Assembly (NCBI RefSeq): GCF_006345805.1
Contig: NC_042997.1
Span: 129,146,001 to 129,210,000 of the forward strand
DNA from: Octopus sinensis
Lineage: Eukaryota
Direction: 5' to 3'
DNA length: 64,000 nucleotides
In this document: positions 24,549-40,549 of the stretch, piece after piece
Position numbering within the stretch: the first letter of the stretch is position 1
Layout: each line of letters opens with the position of its first letter
Made by a program: the position numbers and the translations under genes
The notes under the pieces: generated by a model
Told to the model about the DNA's origin: nothing
Databases searched by the model: none
What the model saw: only the letters and a program-made list of their open reading frames with translations

Positions 24549-25275
24549 GTCTATACACAATATATGTGGTACATACACATATGTATGTGAATATCTATCT
24601 ATCTATCTATATATATATATATACTTGTCATCCTCTATTCAAAAGGAATCAAATAAAAAGAATCCCATACTGCTAACAACTGGTACAGTAAATCTAAAAA
24701 TGACACAGCCAGCAAAGAAAAAACTGGTTCATGTTAGCCATTCAATAGACCAACTTTTATCGCAACATAAGTTAAGCTATAACAATGTTGCTTCTGTCAT
24801 AACTTACATTAACCTATGACACTTTATCAGAGTTTAAGGCAAGGTATGAGTTGCCCCCTACATCTTTCATGTGCTGGCTCCAAGTGCCCTACCTTGGCAC
24901 ACTTCCTCAGCAGGCAAGCTAAAGTATGTAAGGGTATTGATACTGCACGACTAGGTGGGTGGAGGAGCTGAGGCAACAGCCAATGACTAGATAGTAGAGT
25001 CTCAAAAAGACCAACAACAAATGTCTGTGGCTGAATGCAACTCATCCTATACTTGGATGTGGACCTCAGCTAACAACCAATAGGGACAGCTCTATTTACA
25101 ATCTCATCCCAAATGCAAGTGGTTGGGCTTGCACCCTGTCCCCAGAAAAGACCACAAGCTACAAAAGCAGTGCAAAGTGCAAAAACCTACTGGAGTACTT
25201 TGATTGCTTCATGCAGCACCTCACATGGGAACACCTAAGTAAATTAGTAAAATTGCTATATTTGTCATTAGATTG

Positions 25276-25690
25276 TGATGATGTTTGTATTTTCTTTATT
25301 GCCCGCAAGGGGCTAAACATAGAGGGAACAAACAAGAACGAAGGGATTAAGTCGATTATATTGACCCCAGTGCATAACTGGTACTTAATTTATCGACCCT
25401 GAAAGGATGAAAGGCAAAGTCGACCTCGGCAAAATTTGAACTCAGAACGTAGCGGCAGACAAAATACCTATTTCTTTACTACCTACAAAGGGCTAAACAC
25501 AGAAGGGGACAAACAAGGACAGACAAACAGGTTAAGTCGATTATATTAACCCCAGTGCATAACTGCTACTTAATTTATCGACCCCGAGAGGATGAAAGGC
25601 AAAGTCAACCTCGGCAGAATTTGAACTCAGAACGTAATGGCAGACAAAATACCGCTAAGCATTTCACCCAGCGTGCTAACATTTCTATAT
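25276..25690 (-). mobile_element. Tandem dimer of the gtcgactttgcctttcatcc SINE family
   Basis: Two consecutive copies of gaaaggatgaaaggcaaagtc(g/a)acctcggc...gaactcagaacg. Confidence 0.88.
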
Positions 25691-26577
25691 GATGTATAAT
25701 GGTGATGATGTTTGTGTACAAATATGTGTGTGTGTGCATGTGTCTGTGTGTATACATATCTGTATGTAGTGCATCTGTTGAGAAGAAAATATACATACTG
25801 GGAGAATAGTTCACTACTGTTGTTGGAAACAATTGCTTATGAAAAAGTCAGGCATCTAATAAAAGATAGTTTGGTGAACTCATATTACTTCTTGTGTGTG
25901 CATGGTCTCAGTCCAGCTAGTTAGAGGTATGATTGTTATGGTGGTCGCTGGTTTCTCTAGTGGTATCTGGGTTACAAGTAAAAGGTGATTTTGTTATCCC
26001 AGTGGGTCTACTGGCCATTGTTTATATACCTGATTCTTTCCATCTGTTGTCCATAACTGCTTTCTTCATGATAAATTATAATGTTACAATAGCAAAACAG
26101 AGACAGAGGATCTCATCATAATTATTTAATCTGTTAAAAATAACAGTAAAATCTTCTTCAAATCACACTCTATATGGGAAGATGACGTTTACCCAAGATA
26201 ATGTAATCTTGGAATATAATGTCTTAATCAAATATGCACTAATCAGAGTCTTTGAGCCAACAAGCAAACCTCTACTTGGTCACTCACCCTGTTAGAAATA
26301 GCAACCAAATCCCCCTGTGATCAGAGATCTGTTCAGTCATGATTGACCCAGGGCTACACAGAAGCAACAAGTTGGACAGCTTCATTGTATGTTGACCTAC
26401 TTATGACAGAATGTATTGACTCAAGGAAAATTCTAAAGTTTCATAACACACATATATAGTGTATTAGTCACTCTCAGCCCAAGTAAAAACTGTAGGTCAC
26501 AGTATATGGTTCTTAGCGTTGTTTAGCACCAGGTCAGCCTTGATCAAACGGACATACTTTTAAAAGCTGTGACTATT

Positions 26578-26800
26578 CTACTCTTTTACTCTCTTACTTG
26601 TTTCAGTCATTTGACTGTGGCCATGCTAGAGCACCACCTTTAGTCGAGCAAATCAACCTCAGGACTTAATCTTTGTAAGCCTAGTACTTATTCTATCGGT
26701 CTCTTTTGCTGAAGCACAAGGTTACGGGGACGTAAATACACCAGTTGTCAAGTGATGTTGGGTGGACAGACACACAAACATATACACACACACATACATA
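26578..26800 (-). mobile_element. SINE 3' portion (gaaacaagtaagagagtaaaagag tail); related fragments at ~8000-8175 (+), ~14640-14740 (-) and ~22270-22380 (-)
   Basis: Recurrent motif tttcagtcatttgactgtggccatgctagagcacc. Confidence 0.7.
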
Positions 26801-27364
26801 TGTATATATATACACATATACAACATTGTTTTCGGATGGTGTGGATCAAATTATAGTCTTAAAACTTTCTTCATCTTTCATTCTTGTAACTCAGGGAATG
26901 GATTTGAATGTCGATACCAAGGCACACTGACACACAAGCAACCCATTCACAAAGGCAAGGACACTCACCATAAGATAAATAGATAAGAAGCGTTTACACA
27001 CACACCTCTTGCAGAATCCACATTGCACACATACACAGATGCATGTGAATGCACATGCAAGCACACAAGTGCTCACACACACACACGCATTCCCTATTGT
27101 ACACTTATAGAATCCACATCCTGTCACACAGACATGCATGCGCTTACATACATGCGCATGCATTCACACACATACATTCTCTCTCTCTCTCTCTCTCTCA
27201 GACATTCTCACTCACATCCCCATAGATATAAATATTGACATTATAAACTAGGAGACAAACAGACTGGCAGTAGAAAGGAAGCATGTCATTGATGAGGGTG
27301 CAAATGCCATCAAAAAAGACTTTGACAAACCTAACTGATCAATTAATCATTGATTCATTATTGA

Positions 27365-30300
27365 GCTGCTTCTAAGAATTTGAATTTATTCTATATGTGC
27401 AACACTATTGCCAGTAAGCAAATAGTTTTCATACTATTCAACCGGAAGTCTATCCTCTGACCTCTATCAGATGTCTCTCCCATGAACACCTCCAAAGGCT
27501 TTATGTTACCCCTTCTCTACTTAGGGCTTATCTCCTATGTAATGTAGTGATTATGTAGTGCATAAAAATGATGGTGTAGTATATGCAAGTTGAAGGTTAT
27601 TGTATGTTTATGAGTTCTGCCAAATGCGAGCTTTCTTTTCAGATACATGACACTACTGTCCCCCGTCCCAGAGTCTCAAGGGCCCATACCTCCCACACCC
27701 TCAGGGTTGGCACACTGAAAGGTAGGTCTGGTGAGATTGTTGAGATGCTTGAACAGAGACGTGTAGATTTGTGCTGCATCCAAGAAGTAAGGTGAAGAGG
27801 AAGTCCTGCTAGGTTCCTCACAGGCAAAGAACATAAGTATAAGATTTTCTGAGCAGGGAACACTGATGGGGTCTCACTCACATCCCCATAAATATACTTC
27901 TTGCAGAGAAATGAGTTGATAAGGTAATCGAGGTAGTCAGAGTCTGTGATAGAATACTTATGATTAGATTAGTGCTGCAACATGGGTTAGCAACCATTAT
28001 TTTGGCCTATGCCCCTCGGCTGGGGCTACCTTATGAACAGAAAGACTGATTTTATGATACCCTCTTGCAGACTACCTCGTCAACGAAAGACAGGGACCTT
28101 CTCTTTGTGGCTGGTGACTTCAAAGGGCATCTTGGACAACATGCAGGGGGCTTCCACGTGGAGGCTATGGTTTTGGTTCCTGCAATGAGGAGGGAACCAG
28201 GCTGCTGGAGTTCTGCATTGCAAATGATCTTGTGGTTTGTAATACTAACTTCAGGAAACCTGCCAGTCACCTATTCACCTACCGATATAGTGGACACATG
28301 AGTCAAATTGACTACATCCTCGCCAGGATACAGATAAGATGGCTACTTATAAATGCAAAGACCTTCCCAGGTTAAGAATGTACCCCACAACATAGATTAG
28401 TAGTTAGCAACTTCAGGATCAGGGCTAAATGGATGCCCAGAAGATGACCAGCATGGAGAAGAAGAGTCTGGAAGATTAAGGATCCTGCAAATGAACAGAG
28501 ATTTAGAGATATATTACTCAAAGCTTTTGACAAAATAGAAGGGGATCTAGCATCACATTATGTGGAAGACAACTGGAGGTTTCTACAGGACAACCTGTTG
28601 AGAGCCACTGACCAGATCTGTAGATGGGGCAAAGTCCCCTCTCAACCCGAGTTAATGTGGTGGTGGGACAATGTAGTTGAACGGGTCATTAGAGAAAAGA
28701 AACTGGCATGGAAGGACTGGAGGAATGGTGGTAGCAGGGAATTGTATCAGAGTGCCAGAAAGGAAGCTAGGAGACTGGTTTACTTAGCCAGAGGGGAAGC
28801 AGATAAGAAAAACTTTGCCAATGTCCTGCACCGTGAGGACCAATGACTTAAAGTGTTTTGTATTGCAAGACAGTGTATGAGAGAGAACCATGATGTCATA
28901 GGAGAGAAATGTGTCTGCATGAATGATGGCTTACTTGCATTTACTTCAAGGAGAGACTAGGAGATGCCACTATGAAAGGTTGCTAAATAAAGAGAATGAA
29001 TGGGAGAAAGAGAGTCTGCCAAATGTTAACCCAACAGAGGGATCAGCTATCCAAATTGATAGTACCTTGGTAGATAAAGCAATTAAGGCTATGAAGACAC
29101 GGAAAGCCCCCGGCCCATCAGGAATCACTGCAGAGATGCTTAAAATATCTGGCGGTGTTGGCTATAGCCTAGTCACCTGTATAGTCAACCAGGTGATACA
29201 AGAAGGAGTCATACCCAATGACTGGTGTGGCAGCACCATAGTCAACTGCTACAAAGCTAAAGGTGATGCATTAGATACGAATAATTACAGAGGTATCAAG
29301 TTATTGGATCAGGTAATGAAAGGCACAGAGAGGGTCATAGCCCAATTGATTAGAGAAGGAGTAAGCCTAGACGAGATACAGTTTGGTTTCGTGCCAGGGA
29401 AAAGCACCACTGATGCCATATTTATGGTAAGACAGCTGCAGGAGAAATACCTAGCCAAAGATACACCTCTGTACCTGGTTTTCGTTGACATGGAGAAAGC
29501 CTTTGATAGGGTCCCCAGTCCCTTATCTGGTGGTCTAAGCGGAAACTAGGGATAGATGAATGTTTAGTGAGAGCTGTACAAGCCATGTACAAGAATGCTG
29601 TCAGTAAGGTGGGGGTTGGCAATGAGTGTAGCAAAGAATTCAAGTTATAAGTAGGTGTTCACCAAGGATCAGTCCTCAGCCCCCTCCTATTCATCATAGT
29701 CCTCCAAGCAATAACAAAGGAATTCAAGACAAGATGCCCCTGGGAGCTTCTCTATGCTGATGACTTTACTCTAGTAGCTGAGTCACTATCAGAACTAGAG
29801 GAGTTTCAGGTACGGAAGCAAGGTCTAGAATCGAAGGGCCTTAGAGTCAACCTAGCTAAAACCAAAGTCTTAATAAGTAGGAAGGCAGATAAACCATAAA
29901 TTCCTTCAGGTTGATGACCCTTCATGATCTGTAGAAAAGGTGTAGGTAGAAACTCCATAAGATGTACCCAGTGTAAGCTATGGATATGTAAGAGGTGCAG
30001 CAATATCAAAGGAAGGCTAACTAGGAAGATAGTTTTTGTATGTGGCAGATGCTCAGGAGCAATAAACACTGAAAATGTGCAGAGAACAACTTGTGCCACA
30101 TTCCAGGGAGAAAAACTATAAGTAGTTGATAGCTTCCATTACCTAGGTGACCAAGTAATTAGGAGGGGTCAGTGTACTGAAAGTGTAGCTGCTAGAATAG
30201 GAATAGCTTGGGCAAAGTTCAGAGAGCTCGTACCTCTGCTGGTGACAAAGAACCTCTCGCTCAGAGTAAAAGGTAGACTGTATGATGTGTGTGAACAGCC

Positions 30301-32661
30301 ATGCTGCATTGCAGTGAAATATGGGCCGTGACTGCTAAGGACATGCGTAAGCTTGCAAGGAATGAAGCCAGTATGCTCTGCTGGATGTGTAATGTCAGTG
30401 TGCATACACGACGGAGTGTAAGCACCCTGAGAGAAATGTTGGACTCAAGAAGCATCAGATGTGGTGTGCAAGAGAGACACCAGTGCTGGTATGGTCATGT
30501 GTTGCATATGGATGAGGACAGCTGTGTGAAAAAGTGTCACACCCTAGCAGTTGAGGGTACCTGTGGAAGAGGTAGCCCCAGGAAGACCTGGGATGAGGTG
30601 GTGAAGCACAACCTTGAAACGTTGGGCCTCACCAAAGTGATGACAAGTGACTGAGACCTTTGAAGATATGTTGTGCTTGAGAAAACCCAGCAAGCCAAGT
30701 GAGACTGTAACTGTGGCCTATACCAGTGCAGCATAACAAGCCCATTTAAGAGTACCCTTCAATCATTGGGCAATAAACTGCGCTTGCAAAGACCTGTTGA
30801 AGCAAGTGAAATCATTGTTGTGGCCGATGACAGTACCATCTGATTGGCACCCATGCCAGTGGCATGTAAAAAGAACCATTTGAGTGTAGTCATTGCCAGT
30901 GCCACCTAATTGGCCCTCATGTTGGTGGAACATAAAGAGTACTCACTACACTCTCAGAGTAGCTGACATTAGGAAGGGCAACCAGCTGTAGAAACTTTGC
31001 CAGATCAGATTGGAGCATGGTGCAGCCTTCTGGCTTGCCAGCCCTCAGTCAAACCATTCAACCCATGCTAGGATGGAAAGTGGACGTTAAATGACAATGA
31101 GGATGATGATGATGACTATTTATATATACATTTCAGGCTGGGAACTTCTATTTTGTTTCAGAAATAAGGTGAATACACAGCATTGATAAGCAACAAATAA
31201 CTGCAAAATCAGTATTTGTCAATCTTGTTTACTCACAGAGCTGTTTTGTTTTACCTAGCTTTGACGTATATTGCATTTTTTAACTCTATATATCTTTAAA
31301 GGGATCTTTCCCAGACAGAAGAACACAGTTCTTAGCATTTTAACAACTCACATACGTTAAGTATTAATTACTGATTATATGTACAGTATTAAGCTGCTTC
31401 TAACACATAATTTGAATGTGTGTATGCATCATCATCACCATCTTCAGCATTTGACGTTGACTTTCCATGCTAGCATGGGTTGGATGGTTTGACAAGAACA
31501 AGCAAGTCAGTGTTTCTACAGCTGGATGCCCTTCCTAACACCAACCATTCTGTGAGTGTAGTGGGTGCTTTTTACGCACCACTGGCACAGGGGCCAGAAA
31601 AGGCTGGCAACGGCCACAATTGGTTGGTGCTTTTTACGTGCCACCAGCACAGAAGCCAGTCAAGGTGGCACTGGCATTGGCCATGTTTGGTTGGTGCTTT
31701 TTATGTGCCACTGGCATGGGTATTACAACTACAATTTCCATTTGATTTTTATTTTGATGTTGATGTACTTGACTCAATAGATCTCCTCAAGCACAGCAGG
31801 TCACCCTACGATCCAAGGTAAGCACAGCAGGTTGTCCTACATTCCAAGGTACTTTTGAATTGGCTGGGGCTGGTTATGTGAAACTGGTGTAGGATACAAC
31901 TATGAACTCACTTTATTTGTCGGGTCTTCACAGTCACAGCATATCTCCAGAAGTCTTGGTCTTTTATCATTGCTTCTGTGAGGCCCAATGTTTGAAGGTC
32001 TTGCTCATCCCATGTCTTCCTAGGTCTACCTCTACCCCGGATTCCTTCAACTGTTTGGGAGTGGCACTTCTTCACACACACCTCCTCCTCCATCCGTAGT
32101 ACATGACCATATCAGCACAAACATCTCTCTTTCATGCCACATCCGATGCTCCTTATGTCCAACATTTCTCTCAGAGTGCTTACACTTTATCGGATGTGTG
32201 ACATTACACATCCAAGCATTTTCAATTTGCCCCTTGGAGCATCCAACAGCTCCAAACAGACACAACATTCAATTCAGAAAAGCATTCTGTCATTCATAGA
32301 CAAGGATGCATGGCTCTCAAGAAGCCCCAGATCTCAACCAATTAGATTTTTCTGTTTGATCCATTTTGGAGACAAGGGTCTCGAGCACTCCTCATACTTT
32401 GCTCAACACACTGAAGATGAAACTGCACTAGGAATTGGCTTCAATTCCACATGAACAGCTGTGTGCCATATGTGAAGCATTTGCACCTAGGCTGTGATTC
32501 GAAACAGAGGTGGTCATATTGAATAAATGTGGTAGTATCATAATTGTGTTTCCTTTACCATTGCATTGCAATGCTCAGACCCAAAATGTAACAATATTTT
32601 GCTTTGACAAAATTGAAAAAAATTGCTTGCTTTAATTTTGGGACAACCTGTATATATATGC

Positions 32662-32706
<45 letters not shown>

Positions 32707-35700
32707 CCCCCCTCTCTCTCTCTCTCTTTCTATCAATAAAAAAAGTTACTGCAATGTTGGGAGCAGCACTTGCTCTATATGTGATTGGTTAATTATCAGT
32801 CATTTGATTGTCTGTAATTTTTTTTGTTAATTGTAAGTGGCTTGATGGCTTAATTAACCATCAAGCAACTGAGTTAATTGCTAGTTGTCTTAAACTTCCT
32901 TCAAGGTCAACTGTTTTCAGAATTAAATAACTGTGAAGAATGAATAACCAAGACATTAGCTTTCACTGAAGCAGTGACTAGTTTTTATATGTATTCAGTT
33001 TTGCATGGTAATATTTTAAGAGAAGAGAATATTTTTGTCATAGAAAGTTACTTATGGAACAAAGGTTTCTGATGTAATATGGGTTAATGGCTCATCAGTT
33101 TCAGGTATATGGGAATTACTAATGGGAGAAACTAACACACATTGATATTTTATGGACGCATGTAGACATTAATGAGGTAAGCCTACTTCTTAAAACTAAA
33201 TAACCTCTTGCATCAACAGCCAATCTAAAGGAGCCTCTATGTGGTCATTCAACCCGCAAAAAATAGCAAGTAAATTCTCTTCAAACCATACCTTATAATC
33301 TTTAAAAAGATTGACATATTGGATAATATAGTCCTAGTTGAATTGTTTGAAAATTAGATGAGATGGTCATGAGTAAGACGATCCAATCTGAACTGACTAA
33401 AATTTAGACATCTAATAATTTTCTTAAAAACTGAATTAAAAGTGTTTAAGTATTCTGTAACTATGGCAATCAGTGCCTCTTCTCTTCATAATATTCTGGA
33501 GATCATCTCAAACAGTTCACATTTGCTTAACTTAGCTTCTCATATCTCTTCTTTTCCTTTCCTTATTCTGTATTTACCCATATCTGATCTCTCTATATCT
33601 ATTGATTTATGTATCTACCTATTCATACTTGGTCTTTATACATTACATGTTAGTCACCTATGTATTTATTCATAGAAACATTTTTTGTTAGCTACAGTCA
33701 TACTCTATGTATTCAAAGAATGCTTTATTGAGGCCTGACGACATAAACATATCCCTAATTACATAGCTGGAGGCACAATGGCCCAATGGTTAGGGCTGCG
33801 GACTCATGGTTGGAGGATCGCAGTTTCGATTCCCAGACCAGGCGTTGTGTGTGTTTATTGAGCAAAAACACCTAAAGCTCCATGAGGCTCTGACAGGGGG
33901 TGGTGGTGATCCCTGTTGTACTCTTTCACCACAACTTTCTCTCACTCTCTCTTCCTGTTTCTTGAGTAATGCTGTGATGGATTGGCGTCCCGTCCAGCTG
34001 GGGGGAACACATATACCACAGAAACCGAGAAACCAAGCCCATGAGCCTAGCTAGGCTTGAAAAGGACATATAAAATAGCCATTTGATAAAAACAGGGATA
34101 ACTACACACCACACATGGATAACATCCTAACATCACACGATAAAAACTCAGCTTCCAGAAAATACAATAAATAAATGTAAAAAACTAGCAAACGTTTTTA
34201 TCGAACATAAGCCACAAAATAAACAGTGAGACACTGTTCGAAGTAATTAACAGCATTAATAACAGCCATCCCTTCATTTTTTTTCTGCTTTGCAAATTAC
34301 TTTATAATCTCACAAGTGCCAGTAGCACAAACGTAGCACCCAGTGCTCACTGTTAAGTGGTTGGCATTAGGAAGGCATCCAGCTGAAGAAGCACACTAAA
34401 TCTGATGCTGATGCTGAAGCTCCCCAGACCCAACCAAACTGTTCAACCCATGACAACATGGAAAACAGATGTTAAATAATGATGATTGATGATGATACTA
34501 CATCACATATCTTAATAACCACCACAAATAACATGCTCAAGCAACAACAGAAAGTAAACCCACTAATCAAACACCCTTCCCAAAATAAGACACCAAAAAC
34601 TGCATAAAGAAGGCAGAAGCATAAAAGGCAAGTATTTTGAAGGCAGCGAGCTGGCAGAATCGTTAGCATGCCGGGCGAAATGCTTAGCGGTATTTTGTCT
34701 GCCGTTACATTCTGAGTTCAAATTCCGCTGAGGTTGACTTTGCCTTTCATCCTTTCGGGGTCGATAAATAAAGTACCAGTTATGCACTGGGGTCGATGTA
34801 ATCGACTTAATACCTTTGTCTGTCCTTGTTTGTCCCCTCTATGTTTAGCTCCTTGTGGGAAATAAAGAAATAAGAATCATAAAAGGCAAGACACACACCT
34901 ACGATCTAGATTGTGACTTTTAACACTTCCTTTCATAATACACCTGGAAAGCAAGAAGGAAGCCCCAAACTTCACAATCCTCAAAGATTAGCTAACAAAC
35001 ATGGCTGTGCAGGTAAGAAGTTTGCTTTACAACCACATGGTTTTGGTTTTAGTCCCAGTGTGCACCATCATGGGCAAGTATCTTCTACTATAACCCCAAG
35101 CTGACTAACACCTTGTCAGTGATTTTGGTAGATAGAAAATGTGTAGAGCACTGTCATATACATCATCATCATCATCATTTGACTTTCATTTTCCATGCTG
35201 GCATGGGTTGGATGGAATGACAGGAGTTGGCAAGGCTAGGAGCTGCACAAGGTCCCATAATTTGCTTTGGCCTAGTTTCTACAGCTGGATGCCCTTCCCA
35301 GTACCAACCAGCACCACACACATACACATGCATGCATGTGTATGTATCTTTGTGTTTGTCCCCTCCACTGTTTGATAACCTGTGATTTAGCAATAAGGAC
35401 CAATAGAGTAAGTACCAGATTTAAAAATACCAGTACTGGGGTTGATTTGTTCTACTAAACCCATCAGAGCAGTACCCCAGCATGGTCACACTTTCATGAA
35501 TGAAACTAGTAAAAGATAAAAGGACTCTTCTACCATCAGCGAAATGGACATGCTTGAGATGCATAAGATATGATGTCCCCAATGTAAAACAGATGTAGTG
35601 AAATCACAGGCAGGCTAACTGAGAAGGGAGATGAATATGTGGCAGATGAATGGAAGCAATAAACCCTAAGAACACATTGAAATAGATTCTTTCAAATAAA

Positions 35701-35795
35701 TGGACAATCACAATCCTCTAAAAGAAATTGAAGGATTGTGTTACTTAAGTAATTCAATTCGCAGTGGTAGTGGATGTTCTAAAACCATTGTAATC

Positions 35796-35834
<39 letters not shown>

Positions 35835-36869
35835 AAAATAGTAAAGAGTGAAAAAACGACAGAATGCTTAAATGTTAAAAAATATATATATTTGTGTCAA
35901 AATGTCTGGAGAATATTGGAAAAAAAATTTTTTCCTTTCCTTAAAAAGACATAATTTTAAAATTTTTAAAGAAATTACCGGTTTCGCGTGTAGCTTTTCA
36001 AATTTCTTGTGACATTATGTTTATATTGCATGGAGTTATCGTTGTATTTATTTTCAGGAGATTTCTAAATAAGGGGAGGTAGTGAGTGATTTCTTCCGGT
36101 GTAAGGGAGATAATCGCTTAAAAATTTTTTCCTTTTCCCTTGTTAATTTCTCTGTGTCAGTATGTTCGGATGGTTGAGTCTGGGTTTGTACTTTTCAATG
36201 AAGAATGTTTCCTTGTTCAGTCTCATTTGTGTTGATGATCCGAAAGCACATTGGTAAAATGGGAAGATTAAAAATTGTGGCAGTAGTTGCTTTGCGCATT
36301 TTTCAATGTGCTCACTAAAAGGTATCATTCTATATTCTGGGAATGCAATCTGTTGTCGATGCAGTGTGCATCTACCATCTACCGTTAATCTTCCCATTTT
36401 ACCAATGTGCTTTCGGATCATCAACACAAATGAGACTGAACAAGGAAACATTCTTCATTGAAAAGTACAAACCCAGACTCAACCATCCGAACATACTGAC
36501 ACAGAGAAATTAACAAGGGAAAAGGAAAAAAATTTTTAAGCGATTATCTCCCTTACACCGGAAGAAATCACTCACTACCTCCCCTTATTTAGAAATCTCC
36601 TGAAAATAAATACAACGATAACTCCATGCAATATAAACATAACGTCACAAGAAATTTGAAAAGCTACACGCGAAACCGGTAATTTCTTTAAAAATTTTAC
36701 ATTATGTCTTTTTAAGGAAAGGAAAAAATTTTTTTTCCAATATTCTCCAGACATTTTGACACAAATATATATATTTTTTAACATTTAAGCCTTCTGTCGT
36801 TTTTTCACTCTTTACTATTTTCTTGTATATTCACCCATGTGCTTTACCAAAGAAACTTTCTTATCTATA

Positions 36870-36910
<41 letters not shown>

Positions 36911-39297
36911 TACATGTGTATAAGAAGGGATGTAATACAATTTTTCTGAATTTTCAGATTTTTCTATATGCTAGGCTACTGGTTTTAAATTGATGTTGAT
37001 TAAATTAATATTCAGTTTATCACCCTCATTATTTAAATTATATACAGAGAGAGAGAGAGAGAGATATACATACATGGTTTACAGTGTAACCTGGAGAGTG
37101 AACAAGAGAGAGGGTGGTGTTAAGTAAGTTTGCTTTGTAGTTTCTAATATACACCATAGTTTTTTTTGTAATTTCAGTTAAAAATTTGAGGGCAGAATGA
37201 TTTGCTGTTGTTGTTTGATCTAGGTCAACACCAATCAGGTACACCTCATGGCTGAAGGCATTGAACCATAACCCTTTCTTTTAGGATTGTATTGGTTTAC
37301 ATTATTCAATGTATCCTCTCTATATTTAACATAATAAAATGCAACAAAGGAGATTTGGTTACTCTTTCAAGCTGGTTCAATAAAACAACCACTGAGTGGG
37401 ATGGATTACTCAACCAGAGGAAAATTCTAACTGACCTCCCCCCCCCTGCAAGGTCATGTGCTGTTTATCTTGATATGAGATCATCATGTCACACACATAT
37501 GGTTGTGATGAAACTCCCTAGTGTACCCTTATCAGACGGGTAGTCATGATGTGTATACTGGGCTTCGTATATTTTATCCCAGTGTCACTTTGATGGCATG
37601 CACTGCTCTCTCACTCAATAATAATAATGAGAAGAAGAAGAAGAAGAAGAAGAAGAAGAAGAAGAAGAAGAAAGAAGAAGAAGAAGAAGAAGAAGAAGAA
37701 GAAGATGATGATGATGGAGAAGAAGAAGAAGAAGATGATGATGGAGAAGAAGAAGAAAGAAGAAGAAGAAGAAGAAGAAGAAGAAGATGCAGAAATAACG
37801 CACTAAGGATTGAAAGAGGTAGTATAAGTCATAGGCAAAGTGAAATACTCCCTGAACCCATCATAAACACTAAGACAGATGAACATCAAATAGATGAAGA
37901 AAGTAACACAAATATTGACCCAACAGAACTACATGAGCTAAAAAATCAAATCATGATTGAATGGCTGAAAATTAAAGAAACCAGTATGGATGAACGCGAT
38001 ACACTCCCAAAAATCCGCAGCTCTAATCAAAACATGAAAATAATTGGTAAAATCCGCCAAATCGAAATCGATCAACATCAATGGAATTTGTAGCTGTGAT
38101 ACCAGTGCCAGTGGTACATAAGAGAACCATCCGAACGTGTCCGTTGCCAGCGCCGCCCCGAGTGGCCTTGTGCTGGTGACACGTAAAAAGCACCATCCGA
38201 TCGTGGCCATTGCCAGCCTCGCCTGGCCCCCGTGCCGGTGGCATGTAAAAAGCACCATCTGATCGTGGCCGTTTGCCAGCCTCGTCTAGCATGTAAAAAG
38301 CACCCACTACACTCACAGAGTGGTTGGCGTTAGGAAGGGCATCCAGCCGTAGAAACATTGCCAGATCTGACTGGGCCTGGTGAAGCCTTCTGGCCTTCCA
38401 GACCCCAGTTGAACCGTCCAACCCATGGTAGCATGGAAAGCGGATGCTAAACGATGATGATGATGATAGAGGCTCTCTTGATGGTTCAAATTAATCCTGT
38501 TTGTAACTCCTTATATGGTCAGTTGTAAGTGGAGGGAAAAGTTATAATGATTGGTTAAACGCTGCAAGAATAGAGATAGTCTGTTGTCAGATATATTATT
38601 GTACTTATTTCATAGAATAAAGAATTGCAAGTAACAAAACAATGGGGCTATTTCCTAATCAATGAGCAATATGCTGACCTCACAGTTCAGGGAGAGACAA
38701 AAGAGAAAATATGAAGATTGTGGGGGGGGGTGAAAAAAAGAGAAAAATTAATTGAAAGTGTGTGAGAAGTTGAACAGTTTAAATAAGAAATGCAAACCTT
38801 TGTAAATGTAATGCAAATATTGCAGCGAACACCATTGTAATATTTATGAGCATATGTAGATGTGTAAGCTTGATCATCATCATCATTGCCAGCATCATTA
38901 CCATCATCATCATTATCACTGTCTTAACGTCAACTTTTTTGTGTTTGCATGGGTCAGATGAGCATATGTTGGAGCAAAGTTGTCCACATTCGGATGCCCT
39001 TCCTGATGCCAACTCCAACCTGTTTCCAAATGTGACGATAATCTCTCAGTTCACTGAACAAGAAGCAGCCTGGACATGGTTATGTAGCAGTGTGGAAATA
39101 AATGACACCATATGAATGAACTGTTTGTTTACAGACAAAAGAGAAAATAGAAAGCCCGTATGATGTGGGTGGTTGCAGAGAAAGAAAGAAACAAAAAGGT
39201 GAAAGAGTGTGAGAAATTGAACAGTTTAAATAAGAAATGCAAATATTACAGTGAACATCATTGTAATATTTACGAGCATTTGTAGATGTCTAAGCTA

Positions 39298-39333
<36 letters not shown>

Positions 39334-40504
39334 TACCATCATCATTATCACTGTTTTAATGTCAACTTTTTTATGCTTGCATGGGTCAGATGAGCATATG
39401 TTGGAGCAAAGTTGTGCACATTCGGATGCCCTTCCTGATACCAACTCCAACCTGTTTCCAAATGTGATAATAATCTCTCAGTTTATTAAACAAGAAGCAG
39501 CCTGGGCATGGTGGAAATAAATGACACCATATGAATGAACTGTTTGTTTACAGACAAAAGAGAAACTATATAGCCAGTGTGATGGGGGGGGGTTGCAGAG
39601 AAAGAGAGAAACAAAAAGAAGGTGAAAGAGCATGAGAAATTGAACAGTTTAAATAAGAAATGCAAATTTTTGTAATTGTAATGCAAATACTGCAGCAAAC
39701 GCGATTGTAATATTTACGTGCATATGCAGATGTATGCAAATATTTCATCATCATCATCATCATCGTTTAATGTCCGTTTTCCATGCTAGCATGGGTTGGA
39801 CGGTTCGACCGGGGTCTGGGAAGCTGGGAGGCTGCACCAGGATCCAATCTGATCTGGCAGTGTTTCTACGGCTGGATGCCCTTCCTAATGCCAACCACTC
39901 CATGAGTGTAGTGGGTGCTTTTTATGTGCCACCGGCACAGGTGCCAGGCGAGGCTGGCAATGGCCACGATCAGTTGGTGCTTAAGCCCTTCCTTTCAGTT
40001 TCTGTCTACCAAACCTACTCTCAAAGGTGTGATCAACCTAGAGCTATAGTAGAAAGCATTTACCCAAGGTGCAACATTGTGGAATTGAACTCAAAACTAC
40101 ATGTTTGGAAATGAACTTCTTCACCACACAGCCATGTTTATGCCTGTAATCAATAATTTGTTTAAAAAAAAATATATAAATAAATTACTGAATTCTAACA
40201 TATGCACAAAACCACAGGTTTTGATGGAAGATATAAATGGTTGTACTTAGTCAACTACCCAACTCATGCCAGACATAAAATGATGACGACGGTGGTGGTG
40301 GTGATGACGACGATGATGAGGAGGAGGGTTGAAATCTAGCTCAGTATAACTTTTAACTAGTAATCTAGATTTATCATGCTTTGCTCAGTCAACCAATTTC
40401 ACACATCAAGGTCATGTGTGTGTGTGTGTGTGATGATGATTATTGACATCAGCAGCATCATGGAAAATGGATGTTAAATGATGATGATAGTGTCAGTAAT
40501 TATG

Positions 40505-40549
<45 letters not shown>

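Noticed and set aside
25840-26120. Several short exon-like frames on both strands
   Set aside because: Mutually incompatible candidates with no homology; expected by chance.
26890-27240. Cys/Val- or His/Thr-rich ORFs
   Set aside because: Degenerate (CA)n/(TG)n tandem repeats.
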